Shown in pieces: positions 7,991 to 16,550 of a stretch of 23,121 bases of DNA. The DNA is taken from positions 1 through 23,121 of the forward strand of contig JALGVI010000053.1 of NCBI GenBank assembly GCA_029838215.1, in the 5' to 3' direction. The stretch comes from Candidatus Helarchaeota archaeon (lineage in GTDB: Archaea; Asgardarchaeota; Lokiarchaeia; Helarchaeales; RDOG01). Every line of letters begins with the position of its first letter. Position 1 is the stretch's first letter. A program made the translations under genes and the position numbers. The notes under the pieces are model-generated. The model had not been told where the DNA came from and did not search any database. It saw only the letters and a program-made list of their open reading frames with translations.

Positions 7991-10033
7991 ATGGCGGAAA
8001 AGTTATCCAAGGATGAAATCAGGAAATTACCTTTCATGAATGCTGATCTTGACATCGAGGAACGTGTTGAGGATCTTTTAAATAGATTAACACTTGAAGA
8101 AAAGTTCAGGCTTTGTTCGGGAAAGCGTTTATCATTTTTTAGCACGAAAAAAATAAAGCGATTGGGCATAAGACAATTTATCATGACGGATGGTCCAAAT
8201 GGTGTAGGTGCTCTTGGCACGTATTTCATAAAGAGAACAACGTATTTTCCTGTGGCTATATGTCGTGGAGCGACATGGAATTTGGACCTTTCTGAAAAGT
8301 TTGGCATCGCCATTGCAAAAGAAGTCAGGGCGTGCAAGCGATCAATGCTCTTGGCTCCCGGGGTAAATATCCAAAGAACTCCCCTTTGTGGACGTAATTT
8401 TGAATATCAGACCGAGGATCCGTATTTGAATAAAAAAACTGCTGTTGCCGTTGTTAAAGGTGTCCAAAGTCAAAGAATCGCAGCATGTGTAAAGCATTTC
8501 GTGGCGAATAATCAAGATACGAGAAGATTTATCGTGAGTTCAGAAGTGGGTGAACGCGCCCTTCAAGAAATTTATTTACCTGCATTTGAAGCCACGGTTC
8601 GGGAAGCGGATGCTTGGTCATTTATGGCATGCTACAACAGGGTTAATGGCACATATGGGTGTGAACATGAAAATCTCTTGATTGATCGCTTAAGAAACGA
8701 GTGGGGATTTCGTGGTTTTGTTGTTTCCGATTGGTTTGCCACGAGAAATACTACTAGCACTGAAAATTGCATGAATGCAGGTTTATCTCTTGAAATGCCG
8801 TGGCCGATTAAGTATCGAAAAGGTCGGTTAAGAAAAGCATTCGAGTCAGGTAAGTTTACTGAAGAAACACTTGACGAGAACGTGCGCAGGCTTTTGAGAG
8901 TGATGTTTTTAACAGGTCATTTTGATCCGAAGGAAAAGATCCCGCCCTGCAGTCGTAACACGCCCGAGCATCATGCCATCGCACGAAAAATTGCAGAAGA
9001 AGGCATCGTTCTTCTTAAAAATGAAGGTGATTTGCTACCAATAAATCTTGATGAAATTAATTCCATTGCAGTATTAGGACCGAATGCTAAAAAGAAACAC
9101 GCCTTTGGTGGTGGAAGCTCAATGATTCGGGCTGCCCACGAGATCACGCCATATAAGGGAATTAAAGAAAAATGTAAGGTAAAAAAGGTGGAAGTCATTA
9201 AATCTGCTGCCGAAGCAGATGTTGCAATTGTTGTTGTTGGCTTGAATCATAAATTGGGTAATGATTCTGAGGGTAAAGATCGAAAAAAGTTTGAACTTCC
9301 TGATAAACAAATTGCGTTGATTAATGAAGTAGCAGAACAAAATCCGAAGACTATCGTTGTTTTGGTATCTGGTAGTCCTGTTGCAATGGACGGATGGATC
9401 AACGGCGTTCCCGCAATTATAGAGGCTTGGTATGCGGGAATGGAAGGAGGTCGTGCATTAGCAGACATTATCTTTGGAGAAGTCAGTCCATCGGGAAAGC
9501 TTCCAATAACGTTTCCTAAAAAACTATCGGACTCTCCTGCGCACAAATCTGTCAGAACATTTCCAGGGAAAGATAAAGTATATTACGAAGAGGGAATCTT
9601 CGTTGGTTATCGTCATTTCGATACAAATGATATCGAGCCTCTTTTTCCGTTTGGACACGGTCTTTCATACACCACGTTCAAGTACGATAACTTGAAGCTT
9701 AGCAGTTCAAGCATTTCCTCTGGGGATACTCTGGAAATATCCGTCGAAATAACAAACTCTGGCGGGATGGAAGGAAAAGAAGTGGTTCAACTTTACGTGA
9801 AAGATGTTGAATCGAGTGTCGAACGCCCCTTGAAGGAACTTAAAGGTTTTGAGAAGATTAATTTAGAGCCAGGCGAAAAGAGTGTCGTGACTTTCAAACT
9901 CGACAAGCAAGATCTCTCGTTTTATGATGAAAAAGAAGGATGCTGGAAAGCTGAAAAGGGTTTATTTAAAATTCTCGTGGGAAGCTCCTCAAGAGACATT
10001 CGAGTAGAATCAGAATTCGAATACCTCGGCTGA
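7991..10033 (+). CDS. Glycoside hydrolase family 3 (beta-glucosidase/beta-xylosidase-like) with C-terminal Fn3-like domain; apparently cytoplasmic
   Basis: TDGPNG, APGVNIQR, GRNFEY, CVKHFVAN, nucleophile VVSDW, SEGKDR, AWYAGMEGG, PSGKLPITFP, YRHFD...FPFGHGLSYT, EVVQLY, LKGFEK. No signal peptide. GGTGAGG SD before the ATG at 7991. Confidence 0.93.
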   Translation: MAEKLSKDEIRKLPFMNADLDIEERVEDLLNRLTLEEKFRLCSGKRLSFFSTKKIKRLGIRQFIMTDGPNGVGALGTYFIKRTTYFPVAICRGATWNLDLSEKFGIAIAKEVRACKRSMLLAPGVNIQRTPLCGRNFEYQTEDPYLNKKTAVAVVKGVQSQRIAACVKHFVANNQDTRRFIVSSEVGERALQEIYLPAFEATVREADAWSFMACYNRVNGTYGCEHENLLIDRLRNEWGFRGFVVSDWFATRNTTSTENCMNAGLSLEMPWPIKYRKGRLRKAFESGKFTEETLDENVRRLLRVMFLTGHFDPKEKIPPCSRNTPEHHAIARKIAEEGIVLLKNEGDLLPINLDEINSIAVLGPNAKKKHAFGGGSSMIRAAHEITPYKGIKEKCKVKKVEVIKSAAEADVAIVVVGLNHKLGNDSEGKDRKKFELPDKQIALINEVAEQNPKTIVVLVSGSPVAMDGWINGVPAIIEAWYAGMEGGRALADIIFGEVSPSGKLPITFPKKLSDSPAHKSVRTFPGKDKVYYEEGIFVGYRHFDTNDIEPLFPFGHGLSYTTFKYDNLKLSSSSISSGDTLEISVEITNSGGMEGKEVVQLYVKDVESSVERPLKELKGFEKINLEPGEKSVVTFKLDKQDLSFYDEKEGCWKAEKGLFKILVGSSSRDIRVESEFEYLG

Positions 10034-10035
10034 TC

Positions 10036-10056
10036 TTACTCTTTTTTTCTTTTTTT
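10036..10056 (+). terminator. T-rich archaeal-type terminator candidate after the GH3 gene
   Basis: ttactctttttttctttttt lies immediately after the TGA at 10033, in the 22-bp gap before the convergent gene. Confidence 0.5.
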
Positions 10057-11534
10057 CACGAATCCAGATTTTTACCTTCGGCGATTTTAATCAATTCGAC
10101 TAAAGGCTTGAAAATAACCTCTTGCTTGCAAAACGTCTTTAGGTACTTTGCGGCTTTTGCAGAATTTGTTGCAGTGATTCGAAAATTCATTTTTTCGATT
10201 GGTGCTACAACCATGCAACAATCCGAATAGACATGAACTCCTGTCGTTTCGAGTCTCTCTTTTAAACCTATTTCTTCTGCTTGCTCCTTGAAAATACTTG
10301 CGGTATTTATCCAAAACGGAATTTTCATCCTTTTTCCTTTCAATAATGGTTCAAGTGCTTTTAAATCATCAAGATTAAAATGCGGACAGCCAACCGCTAT
10401 TAGATCTGGAAGATCGCTGGTGGTGTTTAATTCGTCATATACTTCCTTTAATTCGCGTGTGGTAAAATTGATGACCCTGAGATCATCGGGCATTTCAGGA
10501 GGGTCATGAATGCCCTTCACGTAAAATAATGGAATGGCTCCTGATGCCGCACCTGCAGCAGCAATGGCTTTCAATTCTCGATGATTTGGCGTGATTCCTT
10601 CGTAAACTGGAATCGTGCTGAATTTTCCCACGTAATAACCAAGTGCTCCATGATCGCTTTCTGTTTTCAAGGAACATTCAACCCGGACACGAGTATCTGG
10701 TTTTCTGTTTTCAATGAGATGCATTCCATACTCAATTGTAAATCCAGTTAAAGCGGCGATTAACCCCTTTATTGGGTTTTCACGATTCGTGTAACATCCC
10801 CTCACGGAATTGACAAATGAAACTGCCGAACTCTCCCCAAAGGCCAAATGAGACCCACTTTTTAATGGAATGATGTCGTATGGAATACAAGATACGGTCA
10901 GCGATGCTCCAATTTGTTTGAATATTTCGATTATTTCAAGTTGTTTTTCAGCAAATTCGTGCGGAATGCCTTGTGATTTCCATTCCTTGAGGTCCATGCC
11001 TGCGGGATTTAATGTTGTTGGAACTTTAACCGTGAGTTTTTTTTCGGCAAAAAACCGCAACATTTTCAGTCCTGCATCTCCAATGGTCTTGTAGGAAACA
11101 CCTGAGATTTGGACAGCATCCACGTGTATGAATCCTTTCGCACCCACGATTTTAGCCTCTGACACGAGTATTCTCGCTAGAAAATCTGGAATGTTTTCAA
11201 TTTTTTTCAATTCACTTTCAGGCAGGTCAACTTGCATCATTCCCTCGATTTCTATCGGAATCCCTGCCAAAATACAACCCGCAATCACGTTTGAATCAGG
11301 CTTGCCCAAAATGATCTTCTTTGGCGCCACGCCATTTTCCTTTAATTCTAAAAGAGTCATGACTCCAACTGTCGAACCCGTGCTAGCCTCAAATCTAAAC
11401 TCTTTATTTGCTATGTTTTGACCCGTAATGTCAAGACCAACTTGCGTGATTTCTCCTGTTTCCCTATTTATTCCATCTAGTAGGGAAACGCTACATTTTG
11501 TGAATATCCTTTCGACTATCATGTTCACTTCCAT
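10056..11534 (-). CDS. Aconitase X with small (DUF126) and large (DUF521) subunits fused; probable phosphomevalonate dehydratase
   Basis: The first ~100 aa match DUF126 (GINRETGEI...GQNIANK...GSTVG...NGVAPKKII...AGCILAGIP). The remainder matches DUF521 (ISGVSYKTIGDAG, TTLNPAGMD, SCIPY, GESSA...TNRE, GCPH, DCCMVVAP). It is co-oriented with UbiD and IPK genes. Confidence 0.85.
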   Translation of the reverse strand: MEVNMIVERIFTKCSVSLLDGINRETGEITQVGLDITGQNIANKEFRFEASTGSTVGVMTLLELKENGVAPKKIILGKPDSNVIAGCILAGIPIEIEGMMQVDLPESELKKIENIPDFLARILVSEAKIVGAKGFIHVDAVQISGVSYKTIGDAGLKMLRFFAEKKLTVKVPTTLNPAGMDLKEWKSQGIPHEFAEKQLEIIEIFKQIGASLTVSCIPYDIIPLKSGSHLAFGESSAVSFVNSVRGCYTNRENPIKGLIAALTGFTIEYGMHLIENRKPDTRVRVECSLKTESDHGALGYYVGKFSTIPVYEGITPNHRELKAIAAAGAASGAIPLFYVKGIHDPPEMPDDLRVINFTTRELKEVYDELNTTSDLPDLIAVGCPHFNLDDLKALEPLLKGKRMKIPFWINTASIFKEQAEEIGLKERLETTGVHVYSDCCMVVAPIEKMNFRITATNSAKAAKYLKTFCKQEVIFKPLVELIKIAEGKNLDS

Positions 11535-12073
11535 CTGTCGTATTCGGCTTGATTTAGCACGTTTTCTTCAAGTTCTTCAAAAGAAATCATCAAGAATCTA
11601 AATAAAGTGTTTTGATTTGAGCGAAACTGAAAATATCTCCATATGGGAGCGACACCTACCGTAGACACGAAGATGGCTACAAAGAATAGAAAATAAAAAG
11701 AGTTTCTAATGGTCTCATTTAATTCGAAGCCGGTGATGATTCCCTTTGAATATAGGTAGCATGGTATTGAAAATCCTCCGATTGCAACAAGAAGCAAAAG
11801 CACCCACGTAATTGCCGATATATAAATCAAGATTTCCTGTGTTTTTTTTTCCACTTCGTAAGTTATCTTCGTGTCCTCTTTGCCGATTGCTTCAAACAAA
11901 AGTCCTGCATGGACAATTGAAGTCGGAAATGATGAAGAGGCAATCTTGTCAATTAAAATGGAATGGTCATCAATGTTTTTCAGGTTTAAGGAAGGGTCTG
12001 AATTAATTACGGCAACAACATGGGTTATGCAAGTTTTTTTAGGAACGTGGAAAATTCGTTCTCTAATCTCCAT
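11525..12073 (-). CDS. Hypothetical membrane protein (soluble N-terminal domain plus two TM helices)
   Basis: 182-aa ORF overlapping both neighbours by 10-11 bp. Hydrophobic segments ILIYISAITWVLLLLVAIGGFSI and FYFLFFVAIFVSTVGVAPIW. Confidence 0.65.
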   Translation of the reverse strand: MEIRERIFHVPKKTCITHVVAVINSDPSLNLKNIDDHSILIDKIASSSFPTSIVHAGLLFEAIGKEDTKITYEVEKKTQEILIYISAITWVLLLLVAIGGFSIPCYLYSKGIITGFELNETIRNSFYFLFFVAIFVSTVGVAPIWRYFQFRSNQNTLFRFLMISFEELEENVLNQAEYDRWK

Positions 12074-13343
12074 CGGCTCCTATATCTTTAAAAAATGTTG
12101 ATGGTACCGGGATTTTACCTTTTTCGAATTTCATGTGATCTTGATCTTTCGGTTTGCGCGCATCGATTATAATTTTCGTTCCAATATCGCCTTCTGTCCT
12201 GGGATCCAGTGAAGACCCTTTTATCCCTTCCAATATGATGGGATTTTGTTTCGTGAATTTTGAATTAAGGATGATGGCTTGTTCAACTTCCGTGGCATTT
12301 GTCAAATCCACATCGTCATCCAATATGACCATTTTTTTTAATGAATAATGACCCTTCAAGACTGCTTTAATGAATTCATCCATGTCGAATTTAAGATCTG
12401 GTGAAATACCGAGTAGACAAGTAAGCCAACCAAAACCTCCCGGAGGAAGATAAATTTTCGTAGGTTTCACTCCAAATTTTACGAGTTGTTCATAAATGAA
12501 AGGTAGTCGAGGGAGTCCCATCAAATGAATGTGGTCATTCGATGCGGGCAAGAGTGCATGATAAATAAAGTCCGGTTTTGCTCGTATTTCCTCTATTTCT
12601 ATTACTGGTTCTTTCCTTATAATATCATATTTACCTGTTATGTCTAAAAACGGTCCTTCGTCGTGAACTTGGTCTTTCAATATCTTTCCGCGAATGATGA
12701 TTTCTGATTCTGGTAGTCCATCGTATACCGCCAATTCTCCTCCATTCAATGCGGCTGCGAATTCCAATTCATATTCATCTGCTGCAAGAGATGTTGCTGC
12801 AGCAATCTGAACGGCTGGTGGGATTCCCATGCATATTGAAATTGGAAGATCTTCCCCGTGTTCCATGGCATCATTATAAATTTCGTATAAATGGCGATGA
12901 ACCAATCTCAACGTCAAATGATTTTCATCAATCCGGAGGATGCGATGAACTGAAGCGTTACGTCGTTGGTTTCGTTCAACAATGACTGCGCCACTTGTAA
13001 TATATGGTCCCGCATCTTTTTCATAATGGGTTAAAATGGGGATGTCTGAAAGTTTAATTTTTTTAAGAGTGGGAGATAAACCATGTTCCACTAAAATCCC
13101 TTTATTTTTTCTTGCGGCAATGAATGTGGGGATCCATTGTGAAAATTTGTTTAACCCAATGCCTTTCAAGAGAAAATCAGGTCTGGAGTATAGATTTCCC
13201 ACGATTCTTTGATGCGTGAAGGATACCGGCACGCCTTCAAATTTTTTTAATATTGCAGCGATTTCAAATCTTGTTTTAAAACTGGTTTCAAAAGTCTTGA
13301 ATTCTAGGTTGGAAAGGAAATCACGAAAATTCATTGCAAACAC
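12063..13343 (-). CDS. UbiD-family prFMN-dependent decarboxylase; probable trans-anhydromevalonate 5-phosphate decarboxylase (start may be the ATG at 13334)
   Basis: DAGPYITSG, NASVHR, RLVHRHL, EGPFLDITG, LLPAS..H..LMGLP, GGFGWL, ILDDDVD, GSSLDP, KIIIDA. The substrate call rests on its position between IPK and AcnX. Confidence 0.82.
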   Translation of the reverse strand: MFAMNFRDFLSNLEFKTFETSFKTRFEIAAILKKFEGVPVSFTHQRIVGNLYSRPDFLLKGIGLNKFSQWIPTFIAARKNKGILVEHGLSPTLKKIKLSDIPILTHYEKDAGPYITSGAVIVERNQRRNASVHRILRIDENHLTLRLVHRHLYEIYNDAMEHGEDLPISICMGIPPAVQIAAATSLAADEYELEFAAALNGGELAVYDGLPESEIIIRGKILKDQVHDEGPFLDITGKYDIIRKEPVIEIEEIRAKPDFIYHALLPASNDHIHLMGLPRLPFIYEQLVKFGVKPTKIYLPPGGFGWLTCLLGISPDLKFDMDEFIKAVLKGHYSLKKMVILDDDVDLTNATEVEQAIILNSKFTKQNPIILEGIKGSSLDPRTEGDIGTKIIIDARKPKDQDHMKFEKGKIPVPSTFFKDIGADGD

Positions 13344-14126
13344 TCACGGCTCGATCATTGTCCCTATACTTGTATCGCCCTTTAAGGCTTTCTCAATATT
13401 TCCAGGGACATTTCCATTAATTATTTGGGCTTTAAAGATTTTCTTAAGCTTAAAGAACTCCAAGACCTTTCCTGCCATTCCCCCCGTGACATCAGTGGCA
13501 CTTGATCCTTTCAAGACCTTAATCAAGTTCTGTTGAGTAAGGGATGTAATTCTCTTAATTACCTGATTGTCCGGACCCAAAACACCATCAACGTTTGTAG
13601 CAGATATAATTTTTGCGGGTGCTAAATGGTTCGCAAAATAAACGATTAACTGGTCACCTGAAAGAATCGAGCAGTTTTGGTGCTTATCATAAGCAGGTAC
13701 TCCGTATAGTACTGGAACAAGCGAAAGATCAAGGAAAGATTCAAGTACTGGTAAATAAACCTCCACCAATTCTTTTTTATCCATCATGGCAACCGTCGAT
13801 GGCTGGAATGGGATGGTCGGTAACCCTTTTTCGAGAAAAAAATCACAAATAGCCACGTTTAATTGATTTTGTAATTTTTGAGTTTTGGCAAACGCCAGAA
13901 TGTCTTCCTGCGTTTTTACTCCATTTGCAATACCCGTGGCGTGCACGATTGGATGACCATATGATCCCGCGCCGTGGATGAGCAAAAGATCATATTTCTT
14001 TGAATCCCAACCTTTTTTTACCTCAGTTACGATGCGTTTAACGTTTTCTGCATTGATCTGCGGCTCTGAAGCATCTTTTTTCGTGATGAGAGAGCCACCC
14101 AACTTTAAAAGTATTAATTCTTTCAT
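13344..14126 (-). CDS. ipk: Isopentenyl phosphate kinase
   Basis: LKLGGSLITKK, HGAGSYGH (the IPK-specific His), ILSGD, TNVDGV, DVTGGMAGK. Confidence 0.9.
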   Translation of the reverse strand: MKELILLKLGGSLITKKDASEPQINAENVKRIVTEVKKGWDSKKYDLLLIHGAGSYGHPIVHATGIANGVKTQEDILAFAKTQKLQNQLNVAICDFFLEKGLPTIPFQPSTVAMMDKKELVEVYLPVLESFLDLSLVPVLYGVPAYDKHQNCSILSGDQLIVYFANHLAPAKIISATNVDGVLGPDNQVIKRITSLTQQNLIKVLKGSSATDVTGGMAGKVLEFFKLKKIFKAQIINGNVPGNIEKALKGDTSIGTMIEP

Positions 14127-14243
14127 TAAGTAGTTTGTCTTGAAAGAAGTACATAAATAAGTAGGTTAGGGAAATAAAATATAATTCAAGGAATTCTCCT
14201 GCCTAAACGAAATTTCTTGTCGATTAACGAATTAGGGATTTTC

Positions 14244-15488
14244 ATGGCTAAAATTTTTATCTTTGAGTTTTTTAGTGGCGGTGGTTTATCAGACCGGGAA
14301 ATTTCCAACTCTTTATTGGGTGAAGGGTTCGCGATGTTATCTGCAGCCATTGAAGAATTTTCCCACTTACCTGAAGTCGAAATAATGACCACTATTGATT
14401 ATCGCATCTTTGAGTTCAAACATCTCTTGAAAGCCAAATGGGTTATCCGAATCGATGCTCGGGATAGTTTCATTTCTATTCTAGAATCTATAATAAATCC
14501 AACATTTGATGGGTTCTTAATCATTGCACCGGAAACGGGTGGGATTCTTTATAATTTAACTAAAATGTTGGAAGAAAAAGGCGTTCGGAATCTAGGATGT
14601 AGGGCTGATGCCGTACAGATAACCACGAACAAATTCAAGACTCTTAAACTCGTAGAATTGTTTGGTGTGACGATCCCTCAAACCATTGCGATATCCACTG
14701 AAAACCCTCCTGAGAAAATCTACTCAAAAGCAAGAGACCTCGGCACTCCTTTCGTGATAAAACCATTAGATGGCGTTTCGGGTGCAGGACTGAAACTTGT
14801 AAATGATCTTGAAGATTTGAAAAAAGGGCTTCAGACAATTAGGGAAGAAAGCCCTGAACCGTGGCTTCTCGCTCAAGAATACGTGAAAGGAATAAACGTG
14901 AGCTCGAGTTTCATCGTGCGGAAGGAAAAAATATATCCTCTAACACTTAATTTTCAGGACATAAATCTCGAAGAACCTGATACTGAATATCAAGGCGGAT
15001 ACGTGCCATTTGAACATGAAATGAAAGAAGAAATAATGGCTCTCTCCATTAAGCTCCTAAAAAGAATTCCCGGCTTGCAAAACTATGTCGGGATCGATTA
15101 TGTTATCGGAGAAAATGCCATTTATTTCATGGAAATTAATCCGCGTTTGACCACCTCCTTTATTGGAATTTCAAAAGTTGCAACGTTTGACATGTCCAAA
15201 TTCATTTTTCACAAAAATTTTACCGAGCTGGAAGCAATTCCTCTGGATTTTTACGGCACCGCATATTTTTCCAAGGTAAAATTAAAAATTCCAACGTGGG
15301 AAATAACGCATCTTTATCTAATGAGCCAAAATCAGCCAGAAGTCATTGCTCCTCCATTTCAAATAGAAGATTCAAATGAAAATAATGCCATAGCTCTCAT
15401 TGTAACTACTGGAATGGATTTGCACGATGCAAAAAAGAGATTTTATGAAATAAAAAATGACTTGGTTTCCTTTTTTCACATATCTTGA
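14244..15488 (+). CDS. mfnD: ATP-grasp ligase, MfnD-like (tyramine--L-glutamate ligase of methanofuran biosynthesis)
   Basis: KIFIFEFFSGGG...EGFAML, IIAPE..G.L, VIKPLDGVSG, LAQEYVKG, YVGIDYV, MEINPRLTTS. First gene of a tightly packed run with MfnF- and MfnE-like genes. ATG at 14244 is preferred over the TTG at 14217. Confidence 0.72.
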   Translation: MAKIFIFEFFSGGGLSDREISNSLLGEGFAMLSAAIEEFSHLPEVEIMTTIDYRIFEFKHLLKAKWVIRIDARDSFISILESIINPTFDGFLIIAPETGGILYNLTKMLEEKGVRNLGCRADAVQITTNKFKTLKLVELFGVTIPQTIAISTENPPEKIYSKARDLGTPFVIKPLDGVSGAGLKLVNDLEDLKKGLQTIREESPEPWLLAQEYVKGINVSSSFIVRKEKIYPLTLNFQDINLEEPDTEYQGGYVPFEHEMKEEIMALSIKLLKRIPGLQNYVGIDYVIGENAIYFMEINPRLTTSFIGISKVATFDMSKFIFHKNFTELEAIPLDFYGTAYFSKVKLKIPTWEITHLYLMSQNQPEVIAPPFQIEDSNENNAIALIVTTGMDLHDAKKRFYEIKNDLVSFFHIS

Positions 15489-15495
15489 GGTGATA

Positions 15496-16548
15496 ATGAC
15501 GCAAGTAATGGGTTGGGATGTTGGGGGTGTAAACATCAAGGCAACTTTATTATCTACTACGGTTGAAGGAATCAAAGCAAAAAATAGCTTGAATTTTTAT
15601 CCATTTTGGACGAGTGATCTTTCCAAGCTTGGCAATATTTTAAAAGCAATCCACGACGACCTGAATCCATCGCATGATCTCGTGCCGATGGCAATCACCA
15701 TTACTGCTGAGTTGTCTGATGCCTTCCAGACAAAACGTGAAGGTCTATCGCTGATCATTTCGTGTTTTAAAAGGACTTTCCCGAAACATCCCCTGTATTT
15801 TTTAAATATCCGGGGTGAATTCATTCCTGCGAACAAAATCCAAAAAGAAGATATCTTGCAATTTGCAGCAACGAATTGGATAGCAACGGCACTGATTGTC
15901 GGCGAGAAATACCCTAACTCACTCTTAATAGACATTGGAAGCACCACTACTGATATCATACCGATAATGGATGGAAGACCTGCGACTCGGGGATTATCCG
16001 ATCTGGATCGCTTGATTTCACGTGAGTTGATTTATACGGGTGTTTTACGGGCTACTATTCCTTCCATTTTACACGAGCTGACAATTCGAGGACAAAAATG
16101 TCTAATATCCTTCGAAAAATTTGCCTTGGTTGCTGATGTTCACCTCACGTTAGGACATATCGGTAAAAAGCAATATACTTGTAATACCGCTGACGAACGG
16201 GGTAAATCTCGAGAAGAAGCATTAGCTCGTCTAGCCCGGATTGTCTGTGCCGACATTGAAATGCTTCCTGAAGATGAGATCATTTCCATTGCCACGCAGA
16301 TCTACGAAGCACAAGTTCAAATCGTTAAAAATGGAATAAAAAACGTAATTCAAGAGAATTCCGCTCTAGTTTGGAAAGAAACACCCGTAATTATCGCAGG
16401 TCTTGGGAAGTTTTTGGCAAGAGAAGCTTTAAACCTTTTAGACATAAAAAATATCATTGACATTGATTTCATGATTGGAGCGGGCAATTCTATCATCGCC
16501 CCTGCAAGTTGCATTGCCCAATTGTTAACTCGAAATTTAGGTGAATAA
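15496..16548 (+). CDS. mfnF: Hydantoinase/oxoprolinase-like ASKHA protein, MfnF-like (H4MPT-linked C1 pathway protein)
   Basis: GWDVGGVNIK, ITAELSDAF..KREG, AATNW, LIDIGSTTTDIIPI, LIYTGVLR, ARLARIVCAD, AGLGKFL. GAGGTGA SD at 15487-15493 supports the start at 15496. Confidence 0.82.
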   Translation: MTQVMGWDVGGVNIKATLLSTTVEGIKAKNSLNFYPFWTSDLSKLGNILKAIHDDLNPSHDLVPMAITITAELSDAFQTKREGLSLIISCFKRTFPKHPLYFLNIRGEFIPANKIQKEDILQFAATNWIATALIVGEKYPNSLLIDIGSTTTDIIPIMDGRPATRGLSDLDRLISRELIYTGVLRATIPSILHELTIRGQKCLISFEKFALVADVHLTLGHIGKKQYTCNTADERGKSREEALARLARIVCADIEMLPEDEIISIATQIYEAQVQIVKNGIKNVIQENSALVWKETPVIIAGLGKFLAREALNLLDIKNIIDIDFMIGAGNSIIAPASCIAQLLTRNLGE

Positions 16549-16550
16549 TC

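Noticed and set aside
12063-13343. UbiD as a furan-carboxylate or 4-hydroxybenzoate decarboxylase tied to the neighbouring methanofuran genes
   Set aside because: It is co-transcribed with IPK and AcnX, the exact partners of anhydromevalonate phosphate decarboxylase, and is on the opposite strand from the mfn genes.
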